DNA of 64,000 bases from an uncultured delta proteobacterium. GTDB taxonomy: Bacteria; Desulfobacterota; Desulfomonilia; UBA1062. Below, one piece after another: positions 11,800 through 25,913 of the stretch. How positions within the stretch are numbered: the first letter of the stretch is position 1; every line of letters begins with the position of its first letter. A program made the position numbers and the translations under genes. The notes under the pieces were generated by a model. The model saw nothing but the letters and a program-made list of their open reading frames with translations, searched no databases and was not told the origin of the DNA. The stretch lies in assembly GCA_963798485.1 (NCBI GenBank), contig CAWCTR010000001.1:27453-91452 (forward strand), given 5' to 3'.

Positions 11800-11956
11800 T
11801 TGTTTTGACCCTTTACTCATCAACAAGTATAATATCAGTTCATCCGGAACAAGCCTTCTTTGCCAGGCACTGAACATAACTTGCTTTGATCGTATACTTT
11901 GCTTTCATCATGAATACTTTGCATTGATCATATATCCCTCCCCAATCGACAATCAG

Positions 11957-12390
11957 GTCCCCTCCCCCCTTGCGGGGGAGGGACAGGGAGAGGGGTATGA
12001 ATAAAATTAATCTCCAACGAGCAAGAGATCTGAGAAAACGATCCACAGACGCGGAACGCCTCCTGTGGAAGCACCTCCGCACAAAGAGGATGAACAACCT
12101 GAAATTCAAGCGGCAGCAACCAATCGGTAATTATATTGTGGACTTCATCTGCTTTGAGAAAAGGATCGTTATCGAACTCGACGGCGGGCAGCATGCACTC
12201 CAGAGAGACAAGGACAAGGGGCGCGACTCCTGGCTGGAAGGCCAGGGCTTCCTCATCCTGAGATTCTGGAATAATGATGTCCTCACCAATATCCATGGTG
12301 TCATGGAGGTTATCATACGTACTTGTTCTGAAGCCCATAGCCTTTAATCTGCCCCCTCTCCCTGTCCCTCCCCCTTGCGGGGGAGGGGAC
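11957..12390. mobile_element. DUF559 nuclease gene enclosed by ~38-bp inverted palindromic arms (family A, gene-carrying form)
   Basis: 11957-11995 GTCCCCTCCCCCCTTGCGGGGGAGGGACAGGGAGAGGGG is the reverse complement of 12352-12390 except for the loop. The arms abut the start and stop codons, and the unit separates recB from recD. Confidence 0.7.
11997..12347 (+). CDS. DUF559 / Vsr-like endonuclease domain protein
   Basis: RARDLRKRSTDAERLLW, KFKRQQPIGNYIVDF, IELDGGQH, RDSWL and LRFWNNDV motifs. Confidence 0.93.
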   Translation: MNKINLQRARDLRKRSTDAERLLWKHLRTKRMNNLKFKRQQPIGNYIVDFICFEKRIVIELDGGQHALQRDKDKGRDSWLEGQGFLILRFWNNDVLTNIHGVMEVIIRTCSEAHSL

Positions 12391-12452
12391 TTAAATCCCC
12401 CAACCTATTATGGAACATCCTCATCATATTAGCACTTTCGAGGGGCCAATTA

Positions 12453-12492
12453 ACTCCTCCCCCCTTGATGGGGGAGGCTGGGAGAGGGTGAA
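12453..12492 (+). repeat. Family A palindrome, solo copy
   Basis: ACTCCTCCCCCCTTGATGGGGGAGGCTGGGAGAGGGTGAA is nearly identical to 13185-13223 inside recB. Confidence 0.9.
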
Positions 12493-12509
12493 TATGGAAT
12501 AATTCCTTA

Positions 12510-16375
<3,866 letters not shown>

Positions 16376-16382
<7 letters not shown>

Positions 16383-19300
16383 TTGCCAGCCTCCAGAGAG
16401 TCGATGAGAGGACCGTACACCGTCATGGCCAGCTCGCGGAACTCGTCATCCAGGGGATCAGTGCCTGCAAAGCAGATCCGTATGGCCGCATCTTCGCTTT
16501 CACCGCTCTTATTCCAGCCCCCGCTCCAGGCCTTGCCAGCCTCCTGCATGGCCCTCTGTTCATTACCCGTCTTCTTCATGTGCTCTGCATAGGCGTACGA
16601 GCTTTTGGGGAAGAAATGGAGCGGCCGGCACAGGCCCTGCCAGTACACGTCCAGGAGCCCCTTCAGCACGGCAAAAGGCTCCTCCCCAGAGCTGATGCAG
16701 GCCTGCCCTGCCTTGTGGATGTGCATGCCCGCTACCTGCGCACCCGGGCTCACGGCCTTGAGCAGGAGCACGCTGACCCAGGCCCGCATGAGGTCGCCCG
16801 GTTTCAGGTCCGCATAGCGGAACGAGAGGAACCCGCCGCGGCCAAGACAGTCAACTGCCCCGGTGATCGTGAAGGCGCCCACGGTCACGCTCACGTCTTT
16901 CCTGACCATCTCATAGCCCGCCATGGCCCGCCTGATGAGCGGGAGGAAGGCATCGATCTCACTGGCAATGCCTGCAAGCGCCAGCTCTCCCGGCACGCCG
17001 TGGGGCAGCACCCCTTCGGCCCTGAGCCGTGCCACGTCCGTCTCGCAGCCCTTTCCTCTCAGCCTCTCAGCCAGGATCCGCTGCTGCAGTCCGTATTGAT
17101 CGAGACCCGTTATGGCAAAGGGCTCCCGGTCGAGGAGTGCATCTTCCTCCCGGGGCAGCACAGCGCCAAGGCGGTGCCTCAGGAAGAACCGGGCCGGGTT
17201 CCGGAAGAACTCCAGGAGGCGCTCCATGTTCACGCCCAGCCATTCTTGCTCGGGTTCGGAAAGCCTCACCGCCTCCCCCTGCCCTGCCTGTGCCCCTGTG
17301 CGGAGCGCCCTGGCAGCGTCCGCATTGTCCCTGGAATAGCTGAACAGGCCCGTGCCTGCGGTGAAGTATTTGGGGTTGAAGGCCTGGAGGCAGTGGCGCT
17401 TCACCACTCGCTTGCTCACCGGCCCCTCCGGGCTCGTAAAGGCCCTGTCGAGGTATTCCAGCAGGCTGCTCACCACCACCGAGGGCGGGATAGCGGCATT
17501 GTCCTGGATGCCCTGGCCCACGTGGCTGATGGAGAGCACGTTACGGGCCGAGAGCAGGGCCTCGAGGAAGAGGTAGAGGTCGTCTTCGCGCCGGGAGCGG
17601 TCGCCCTTGCGCGGGTGCATGGACATGAGATCGAGCCCGCTTGCGTAGTCCCTGCGCGGGAAGGATTCATGGTTCATGCCCATGAGGCAGATCACCTTGA
17701 ACGGGATGCTCCGCATGGGCAGCATGGAGCAGAAGGTGACCCCGCGCTCCAGGAACCCGGCCCCTTCCGCGGCACTGCCGAAGGCGTTGCCCAGGTGGTG
17801 CCGCACCACGTCACAGCTCACCGTGCCGGTGAACCCGGCATCCCGCGCGATCTTCTCCAGGTTCCGCACAGCGGATTTCAGCCGCAGAAGCTCCGAAGGG
17901 TCTCCTCATCCGCAGCAAACAGGTCGTCGATGATCGTGAGGAGCACCTGTGACCATTCGCCAAGCCCCCGCTCCTGCCTGAGCTCGTCGACTATGGCAAA
18001 GAGCCTCTCCACGAAATCCACAAAGCTGCCCAGGAGATCTGCCGAGGCAGGGTCCATGCCGGTCAAGGGTGCGATGCCCTCGAACAGCTCTTCTCCCCCG
18101 CCATGGCATAGCCCAGCAGGAGCCTCTTCAGACCGAAGCCCCAGGTGTTCTCCTCAAACCCGGGCAGGCCCATTGCCTCTTTATCACGACCGTCCCTGCC
18201 CCACCGGATGTTGGCCCCAGTAACCCATGCATGGACCTTCCTCACCGCCTCCTCGTCCATGCCGAACCGCGCCCGCACCGGCGCCTTGTCCAGCAGATCC
18301 ATGACGAGCGAAGCCTCGAAGCGCTGCCCAGGCAAATCGAGCACAGCCATGAGCGCATCCGCCAGCTGGGAGCTGCGCCTGAACGACCGGTCCGAGATGC
18401 TGTAGGGTATGCGGCGCGAATCCCCCCTATCCATATCGAACACGGCCCGTATAAAGGGCGCATAAGACTCAATATCAGGCGCCATAACCAGCACGTCCCG
18501 CGGCTCCAGCCCTTCCTTGCCCTCCTCCCCCTCCTTATCTTCCTCTCCCCTCTGGGGAGAGGACTGAGGTGAGGGGTACCTTTTACCCTCCTCCCCCCTG
18601 GTGGGGGAGGATTGAGGAGAGGGGGACAAAGGAGAGGGGGAATTCTCGAAGAGTTCCAGCAGCGTATCCAGCAGCACCTCCACCTCCCGCATGGGGCTGT
18701 GACACGAGTGCACCTGGATAGAGCAATCGCCAACCTCCACCTCCTCCGCCCCCTCATCGCCGCTCGTCCTCAAATTCAATATGTCATCCTGAACCTTAGC
18801 CAGCATGGTAGCTCGCCCGCCCCCCACAAACAAATCCGTCTCCTCAGGCTCCAGATCAATGACCATGTCCAGGAAGTTCCTACCAAGCCTGCCCATGCTT
18901 GCCAGAAGATCATTGCGCGATTCCAGGTGCAAATCCGCCTCCGGCACCTTGCTAACGAACCTGGTGATGCGCCTTTCCGGCATGATGTCCGCCCAGTATT
19001 CCCTGCAGGGGTTCAGGCAGTAGAGGCTGACATCCATCAAAGCGGAAAGACCCTTCAGCACCTCCAGATGGAATGCAGGCAGATACGAGATGCCGAAGAT
19101 GGACACCCTCTCGGGCAGCTTCGACACATCCGAGCGCGCAAGCCCGCTGCTGAAGAGCTGCTTGAGCCGGGCGCGGTGGTTCGCATCGTCCCCTTCAACA
19201 ATCTTGTTCCAGAGCACGGCCTGCCAGTTCTCCGGGTAGCCCGCAGGCGCATTGCCGCCCTCTTCCCACCCGAGCACCAGCTCGGGCCTGAATATGACAT

Positions 19301-19715
19301 ACTGGTCATAGATGTTCGCCATCATGGCGCTGAACTGGTAGAGCTTCATGCCTGCAGTGTCGCCCTGGAGGTAGTCCCTGATCCGGCTGAAGCCGCCCAA
19401 GCCCAGGAGCCCGGGCAGACAGTCCATGATGCGCAGCGTCATGGCATCCTTCTCGAACAGAGCGGGCTGCGTGACCCCCGGCAGGATGCGCGAGAACATG
19501 TCCAGCACAAAGGCATTGGGAAACGGCCAGCTGACGTTCGCGCACACCCCGCTGCTGCGCGCCAGCTCCATGGAGAGCCAGCGCTGCATGCCGCGGCTCT
19601 GCACAACGATGACCTCGGGAGCAATCGGCGATGAGAGCGGTTCGGACAAAGATAGAGCAAGGGCCTGCGAAAGGACCTCGAGCCGGTTGCTCTCAATAAG
19701 TCTCAGGCCTGACAA
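16376..19715 (-). CDS. recC: Exodeoxyribonuclease V gamma subunit; frameshifts near 18090 and 17880; in-frame repeat insertion
   Basis: SNRLEVL, VVQSRGMQRWL, LNPCREYWADI, HSCHSPMREVE, PRDVLVMAPDI, FCSMLPMRSIPF and FLEALLSAR motifs; upstream of recB. Confidence 0.95.
18511..18640. repeat. Two tandem family A palindromes inside recC
   Basis: 18541-18576 TCCTCTCCCCTCTGGGGAGAGGACTGAGGTGAGGGG and 18588-18625; they encode PSPQSSPTRGEE and PSPQSSPQRGEE. Confidence 0.88.
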
Positions 19716-19777
19716 CTAGATGCCTCCGGATATGACATGGCGGGCATAGTATATCCCTTTTCCTGTACGGCATGAAC

Positions 19778-20995
19778 TCATAATGCATGGAATGGGGTTG
19801 CCGTGATATTGGGAGCCAGCGGCAGGGATGTACTGCCGAGATGGACAAGCCAGCCCTTTTCGGTTTTGGCGGAATAGTCTTCCATGAACGAGATCAGGCC
19901 GGACGCCATGGAAGGCCTTGGTGTGGCGGTCTGCTTGACCTCAACAGGGATGAGCCGTCCATGGTGTTCGATGACAATATCCACTTCCTTTCCGTGGGTT
20001 GTCCGCCAGAAGTACAGACGCGGTTCGAAACCACTGTGGAACGATCTCTTGACAAGCTCGGAGATGACAGCAGTTTCGACGATCGCCCCGGCGAGTGGTC
20101 CTGCCGAGGCGTGGGCCGGATCACTGAGCCCTGTCAGGTAACAGAGCAGGCCCACATCGGTGAAGTAAACCTTCGGTGTCTTCACGAGGCGCTTGCCCAT
20201 GTTCTCGAAATACGGCCTAAGGACGATGACCTGAAAGGTCGCTTCCAGCACCGAAAGCCAGGCCTTTGTCGTGTTCACCGCAATGCCTAAGTCCCTCGAG
20301 ATATCCGTGAGGTTGAGCAGCTGTGAGCTGCGGGCCGCCAGTACGCGCAGGAAATTCTGGAACCCGGAAAGGTCCCCGATCTGCTTCAACTCCCTGACAT
20401 CCCGTTCGAGATAGGTCTGAACATAACTGGAGAACCACAGCGCCTGGCTTCGATCCGGCTCGACGGCAAGCTCAGGGTATCCTCCCCTGAGAAACCGTTT
20501 CCAAATGTCCTGAAGGGGCACTTCCCTGTTCTGCACTGCACGGCCCCGCTCCCAGGGGAGCTTTGAGCGGGGATTGCGGTCAAGCTCGCTCATTGAAAGC
20601 GGCAGCAGCCTCAATATTGCACTCCGCCCTGCAAGGGACTCGGTCACCCGCTTCATGAGCATGAGGTTCTGTGATCCGGTTATGAGGTATCGGCCCTTGA
20701 GCGACCGCTCGCTGTCTATGCTTTCCTTGATATACGGCAGCAGTTCGGGGGCATACTGGACCTCATCCAGGATGACCGGAGGTCCGTAGATATCGAGAAA
20801 CCCCCGGGGGTCTGAGAGTGCAGCCGAACGCACATCCGGCGCCTCAAGGGACACATACCGGTGGCTCTTGCCGAACAGATGCTTGAGTAGTGTGGTTTTT
20901 CCTGACTGCCTGGGCCCGGTCAGGACCACTGCGGGAAACTCCCTTGCAGCCTTTTTCAATACCGGCTGGAGGGATCTTTCAATGTATGCGCCCAT
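19778..20995 (-). CDS. AAA+ ATPase with DUF4143-type C-terminus
   Basis: LTGPRQSGKTT, LDEVQ, TGSQ, ESLAGR, RGGYP, TYLERDV, PKVYFTDVGL and EVDIV..IPVEVK motifs. Confidence 0.92.
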   Translation of the reverse strand: MGAYIERSLQPVLKKAAREFPAVVLTGPRQSGKTTLLKHLFGKSHRYVSLEAPDVRSAALSDPRGFLDIYGPPVILDEVQYAPELLPYIKESIDSERSLKGRYLITGSQNLMLMKRVTESLAGRSAILRLLPLSMSELDRNPRSKLPWERGRAVQNREVPLQDIWKRFLRGGYPELAVEPDRSQALWFSSYVQTYLERDVRELKQIGDLSGFQNFLRVLAARSSQLLNLTDISRDLGIAVNTTKAWLSVLEATFQVIVLRPYFENMGKRLVKTPKVYFTDVGLLCYLTGLSDPAHASAGPLAGAIVETAVISELVKRSFHSGFEPRLYFWRTTHGKEVDIVIEHHGRLIPVEVKQTATPRPSMASGLISFMEDYSAKTEKGWLVHLGSTSLPLAPNITATPFHAL

Positions 20996-21149
20996 GATCA
21001 CCTCAATTGTGTAATTATGCATTCAGATTGCACGATTGCACATAGCATGTCAAGAGGTCTCCGTTTTATGTCAGGGCTTTCAGTTTGACACGCCCTGAAC
21101 CGGAATGTACTATTACTATATAGCCTGTGGATAAAGAAAAGGGGAAGTC

Positions 21150-21383
21150 ATGAAAAATCCGATGAAACGGATCGAATTGAACCCGAAGGTATGCAATGGT
21201 AAACCGTTCATCAAGGGGACGCGTATTCCTGTATCTGTTATCCTGGAGCAGATAGCAGAAGGTGTATCCTGGGATGATCTCCTTAAGGGATACCCTGAAC
21301 TTGTGAAAAACGATATCCAGGCTGCCTTGATCTATGCCAGAGAATCTCTGGATCATACAGAGATCCGGACGGCACATGGCTGA
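21150..21383 (+). CDS. DUF433 domain protein (putative antitoxin)
   Basis: RIELNPKVCNGKPFIKGTRIPV...YPEL...DIQAALIYA. Confidence 0.92.
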   Translation: MKNPMKRIELNPKVCNGKPFIKGTRIPVSVILEQIAEGVSWDDLLKGYPELVKNDIQAALIYARESLDHTEIRTAHG

Positions 21384-21468
21384 GCGATACAGGATATACC
21401 TGGATCAGATGTTCCGGGTATATATTTCTGTACCTTTAAGGAAGGGAAAAACTGGGGGAAATCAGTGA
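21376..21468 (+). pseudogene. Truncated PIN-like (DUF5615-type) toxin remnant
   Basis: Overlaps the DUF433 stop, starts MAERYRIYLDQMFR and ends after 30 codons inside a repeat arm. Confidence 0.55.
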
Positions 21469-21556
21469 AAGCAATTAAGGTATGGAAATCAATCTGTTTC
21501 AGTTTTGTCCTCTAAAAATCAGTATGGTGTCCCCAGATTTTCACCTTTCCCCTGGA
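21447..21556. repeat. Family F (GGGGAC-type) imperfect inverted repeat at the left edge of the AT-rich island
   Basis: AAATCAGTATGGTGTCCCCAGATTTT (21516-21541) with a degenerate opposite arm AAAAACTGGGGGAAATCAG. Confidence 0.55.
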
Positions 21557-22823
21557 GTTCACGCCTAAATTTCTAGAAGGGAATGCCTTCGTCCTCCTGG
21601 TTAATAGACATCTCAAATAAATTTACCGGTGGTAACGTTGCACCCTTGGGATCCAACCTTCCAATTAGCTTGAATCGACCGACGTCGATAAGACCACCCA
21701 CATCGGTGGCTAACTCTCTTATATGCTCCGTCACTACGCAGATAGATTGCTTGTCATTGACTCTAAACTTGGTCTTGGTCTCTGATTCGATTCGCGCACA
21801 GAGGGGTATTGCGGTTGACCAACCGAGATCAGTTATTTGCGAATCAATAAATGGACTCGTCTCTTTGGTCGAGCACATCGTGTAAACGAGCGCCACTCCG
21901 AGACGCGATGCTACGTGCCGCAGGGCAAAAGCTGTCCGAATAGCTGCGTCAATATTCTTAATACGAAGCCAACAACCATCGTTGTCTGACGTCTCAATAA
22001 ACACTGATGCATCGGTTGAAAACATCGACATTAACTGGCGCTGAATGGCCTCTATAATCTCCATACGATTCTTTGGCTCGTAGCTACTTGAATTAGCTAA
22101 ATCATATAGAAGGACGATTTCATTCTGGACGGGCTCCTTGATAAGTTCAGGAACAAGATGTTGCACGTATGATTCATAGATATCGCTGACTATGCGGATC
22201 ACAGTATCTGCATGTTCAAACACACTCTGTTGAACAGCCAATACTAAATCGGCGGACACTAACAAAGGAGGGCCTGGCAAAGTGAAACGACGCATATGTG
22301 GGTATTTTTCGAGCAGTGTCGAAAGCGCACTTCCCACCTCCGCCCAACGAGACGCAAGGTCAATTTCAGGGATGCTATCCCGTTCATCCCGAATCAGGCC
22401 GCAGGTGGAGAAAAGAGTGCGAAAGTATGTCGTCAGTTCACGAAGTAAATTATTGAACCAATAGAGTATCCCTATAATGTCTCGATTTCGAGGACTGAGT
22501 TCTGGATTAATAATCGATTTAAGATACTTATTTGCAAATGGCTCTAGAGCAAAGAAGGGTGCTCTCTCATCGGTGAACAAAGCAGAGATTCTACTACGTA
22601 AATCGAGCCCAATTGCTTTGAATACTTGCGCCTTGTTTCTGGCTTGTAGACAGTATGTTGCAAGGTTTTCAAGCGTCTTTGCAATCTCATTGAGTAGACG
22701 TTGATATTCTGTAGCCGTATTGTCGCCGTGTAAGTCCAAAAGATCATGCCATGATTTCAGTAGGTACTCAATATTGTATTTTGGGTGCCTAAACCAAAGC
22801 CGAGGTAATTCACGAACAGCATC

Positions 22824-23446
22824 AGTCATAACCTCCGGCAAAGCCGGAGGCTTGATTAAACCATGAACCGCTCAAAGCGGTTTAACCCGAGTACCTTTGT
22901 CCCTAGCTGAATATGTTCATCTGCTCAAGCCGCTGGTCTTCTTGCTCCTGCTTCTTGATGTATGACCGGACAACTTCCTCATCCATCCCTACCGTGCTCA
23001 CATAGTAGCCCCTGGCCCAAAATTGCTGACCCGTGAAATTCTTCCTCCGCCCCAGGTATGCCCGTGCTATATGTATCGCACTCTTCCCCTTGATATACCC
23101 GATCACTTGGGATACCGAATACTTCGGCGGGATCGATATCAGCATGTGTATATGGTCCTGCATCAGATGCCCTTCGATAACTTCGCTCTCCCTCTGTATG
23201 GCCAGTCTCTTCATCACCTCACCAAGATACTTCCTCAACTGCCTATACAACGCCTTCCTTCGATATTTCGGTATCCATACAACATGATACTTGCATTCCC
23301 ATCGGGTGTGCCTTAGACTCTGTTCTTCTTCCATGTTTTGCCTCCTCTTCTGTAAACTTTGAGCGGTTCACAGTTCGGAGGCTCTTCAATTTTCCCGGAA
23401 TTGTCAAACTCCGGTGAGTCACCCCGGCATAGCCGGGGGTTTACCT
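22824..23446 (-). mobile_element. IS200/IS605-family insertion sequence (tnpA only, ~623 bp)
   Basis: Subterminal hairpins CCCCGGCTATGCCGGGG and CCTCCGGCTTTGCCGGAGG; GAACCGCTCAAAG inverted at both ends; no target duplication seen; inserted after TTAT. Confidence 0.92.
22903..23334 (-). CDS. tnpA: IS200-family Y1 (HUH) transposase
   Basis: KYHVVWIPKYRRK, DHIH (HUH), IKGKSA, FWARGY and SYIKKQ (catalytic Tyr) motifs. Confidence 0.97.
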   Translation of the reverse strand: MEEEQSLRHTRWECKYHVVWIPKYRRKALYRQLRKYLGEVMKRLAIQRESEVIEGHLMQDHIHMLISIPPKYSVSQVIGYIKGKSAIHIARAYLGRRKNFTGQQFWARGYYVSTVGMDEEVVRSYIKKQEQEDQRLEQMNIFS

Positions 23447-25668
23447 ATAAGAAATTATATCTTCCTGTTTGCCGCACGTGGAAAGAGCAAGTAGGCGTTC
23501 ACCGGGAACACCTGAAATCGAGTTCACCGCAGTATCATCGCCAATAAAAGCCAAACAAGTCTGCACAAAACCCGATAGATCAGGCAAAAGATGACGATCA
23601 TCAAGCGGTGAATTTTGAAGTGGGTTTCTTCGGATCCATTTTTTCGAGATACTTATTTCTGTACGGCTACTTTTTCGTTCCACATTAAAGAGTCCAATGT
23701 TCTCTCCCCAATTGGCAAGCGTTTGACGCTGGCCTTCTGTATTTGGTTCAACACGTGCACCAAATTCGTCAATCACTCGTTTTAGCTGCAGGTCCCGCAT
23801 GTCAGGGTGATGGCGAAGCCCGGAAAGAAGAACAGCGGATGCAATTTTTTCGAGCATAAACTCCGACAACCATTTACGCTTCTTACTGTATCTTGGAATC
23901 TGTTTCTGCAACTCAAGGACAAGACATGCCATAAAGTACTGAGTTTTCTTTGCCTTTGTACCATATCCGTTCTCGCCATATCTGTAGACTCGGAGCCATC
24001 GCCCTGGCTCGTTATCGTATGGCACATCAAAAACAAATTGAGGAACTGCTGCACCGGTATCCACAAGCTCATCAATTGCTTCAGATAGCTCATATTGAGT
24101 AAGCTTCTTTTTCGAATTCAGAAGGTATCTAAGTTCACCAACACTGAAGCCCACAGAGAGGCGTCTACGTCTGTCTGTTCTGAGTGCACGCTCTCTACGT
24201 TCATGCTCGACGTATGAAATGTTTAGCAACTCTCCGATCAATTCCGTCGATGTTCTCTCTGCCGGTGAAATCGCTTTGAACGGCTCTAAGGATTTCTGAA
24301 CTAGCACGTTTCGTTTGAGCCTCTTTTGTACAAGTTCGGAAGCTTTATCGTATGATGACGACGGATGATCAACATCTGTTGCTATTGTGGGATGCATGCT
24401 CGACCATGTTAGAAGTTCGGTCATTTTATATAAAACTTGCTTCCCTACAATTGGACCGAATAGGTACACAAGGTCCTCAAACGACCAAGAAAGTTCTGAC
24501 AAGTCAACTTGAAGAATGTTGCCGAGAGACAGCTTTTCCCAAGCTTGGCCGAGAATGTGAAGACCGCAAAGGAAGTAGGCAAGAACGTAGGTACGATAAG
24601 AAATACAATCTATATCCGGGTCATGGTTGCAGAATTCTCGGTTTAGGACACTTCGAATTAAGTCGCCATAAGGGTTGTCTACACCAACAGTTTCCTGTTC
24701 AAATAGACTGGCTCTATCTGGTACCCATTCAAACACATGCATTGGAACGATTCTGACCACATTAGTGTCGAAATAGAATCGAATTTTGGAAATGCCTGTT
24801 TCCGAAATACCCAACGTATTCAGAAACGATGGTCGAAATGCATTCTCAGTAAGATCAATACTAATACTCCTCGCACCATCAGATGCGTCACCGACTTTCC
24901 ACACTGCATGGGGAGATATGAGCTTCTCGATCTCATGTATTACTTGTTTTTGCTCAATACGAAGCGGGGCGTTTGCTATAGGATAGTCCAGATCGAACGG
25001 TTTACAGAGTCGACCCATAGCTGTTACTAGTGCATTGTTAAATGTTGATGCTTGCTTAAAGGTCAAACCGAGTGCATATCTTGGTCGGACCAATTCGGTA
25101 TTCAGTTGATATGTATTAATTGCTATAGCATAAGGGATTGGCTTACCTCCACAAGCTGAAACGAGTTGGCATACGTATTTCAAGGTACTACCGTAGATCG
25201 CGATATCATCTATAACAGGAACTTCCTCCCCCTGGAAAAACTCATGCGGTAGGAAAGCGAGACTGCGGTCGGTTAATACCTCCAACCCGTGAAGGTGTTT
25301 CTGTAGTGGTCCCCGTTTGCATATGTCAAATAATCGTGGCCCCTTGCGAGCAAGCGCGACAACATATCTAGCACCAGTGCCTTGGATATCTTCGAGAACT
25401 TTTTCCATGGCATCGTGATAGCGATTCTCAAAAACAGTTTCGTCGTTAATCAATGAGAATGATTTATCGTTCATTGGGAATATGGTTTCTTTATTGGCGA
25501 TAGCAGTCCATAACATCGTATCCATCTGTTCCATACCCGAAACTTGCAACCAATGCAAATCAAAATATCCAGTGTTGTCACCCATATCATAATTTCTAAA
25601 AAATTAACATCATTGATACCCGATTGAAGTCCAGCATTTTTTATTTAGGTTGATGTTCTGGAATAAGT

Positions 25669-25770
25669 AAAGGGGACGTTTCTATTTTCCACTCTCCGTT
25701 ACAAATATTAAATAAATAGAAACGTCCCCTTTTTTCCCCTTTTTTCCCCGAAACGTCCCCTTTTTTCCCC
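25669..25770. repeat. Family F perfect 19-bp inverted repeat with a tandemly re-copied 3' arm
   Basis: AAAGGGGACGTTTCTATTT (25669-25687) and AAATAGAAACGTCCCCTTT (25714-25732), then CCCCTTTTTT repeats and a second GAAACGTCCCCTTTTTTCCCC. Confidence 0.9.
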
Positions 25771-25913
25771 TCAATCTAACTTACTTATTGCATCCTTTTG
25801 ATAAGCCTAAATGATGGTCAAATGCCTTATTTCGGATGAACATAAAAAATGATTCCTCCATATTTGAATATATTACACATAACCTTTTTATAGCTTACAT
25901 TTTCTGTCCTGTT

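Larger units (their letters stand above)
21573..25585 (-). pseudogene. ~1129-aa PRTase-domain + class III nucleotide cyclase-like fusion protein interrupted by an IS200-family element
   Basis: The N-part has ARKG and the PRPP-binding motif VPVIDDIAIYGSTL. The C-part has VLLYDLANSS, NDGC, PLCARIES and IGRLDPKG..PVNLFEM. Deleting 22824-23446 joins the frames (..IISY|DAVRELP..). Confidence 0.75.

Noticed and set aside
16580-18223. Long antisense ORFs (547 aa here; also 2858-3709, 57092-58156, 62638-63972)
   Set aside because: These are shadow frames opposite well-supported GC-rich genes, with no recognisable motifs.
22903-23334. IS200 TnpA as the RAYT that mobilises the REP-like repeats, or as part of a TnpB/IscB system
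   Set aside because: It has ordinary IS200 motifs and its own distinct end hairpins, and no tnpB is present.
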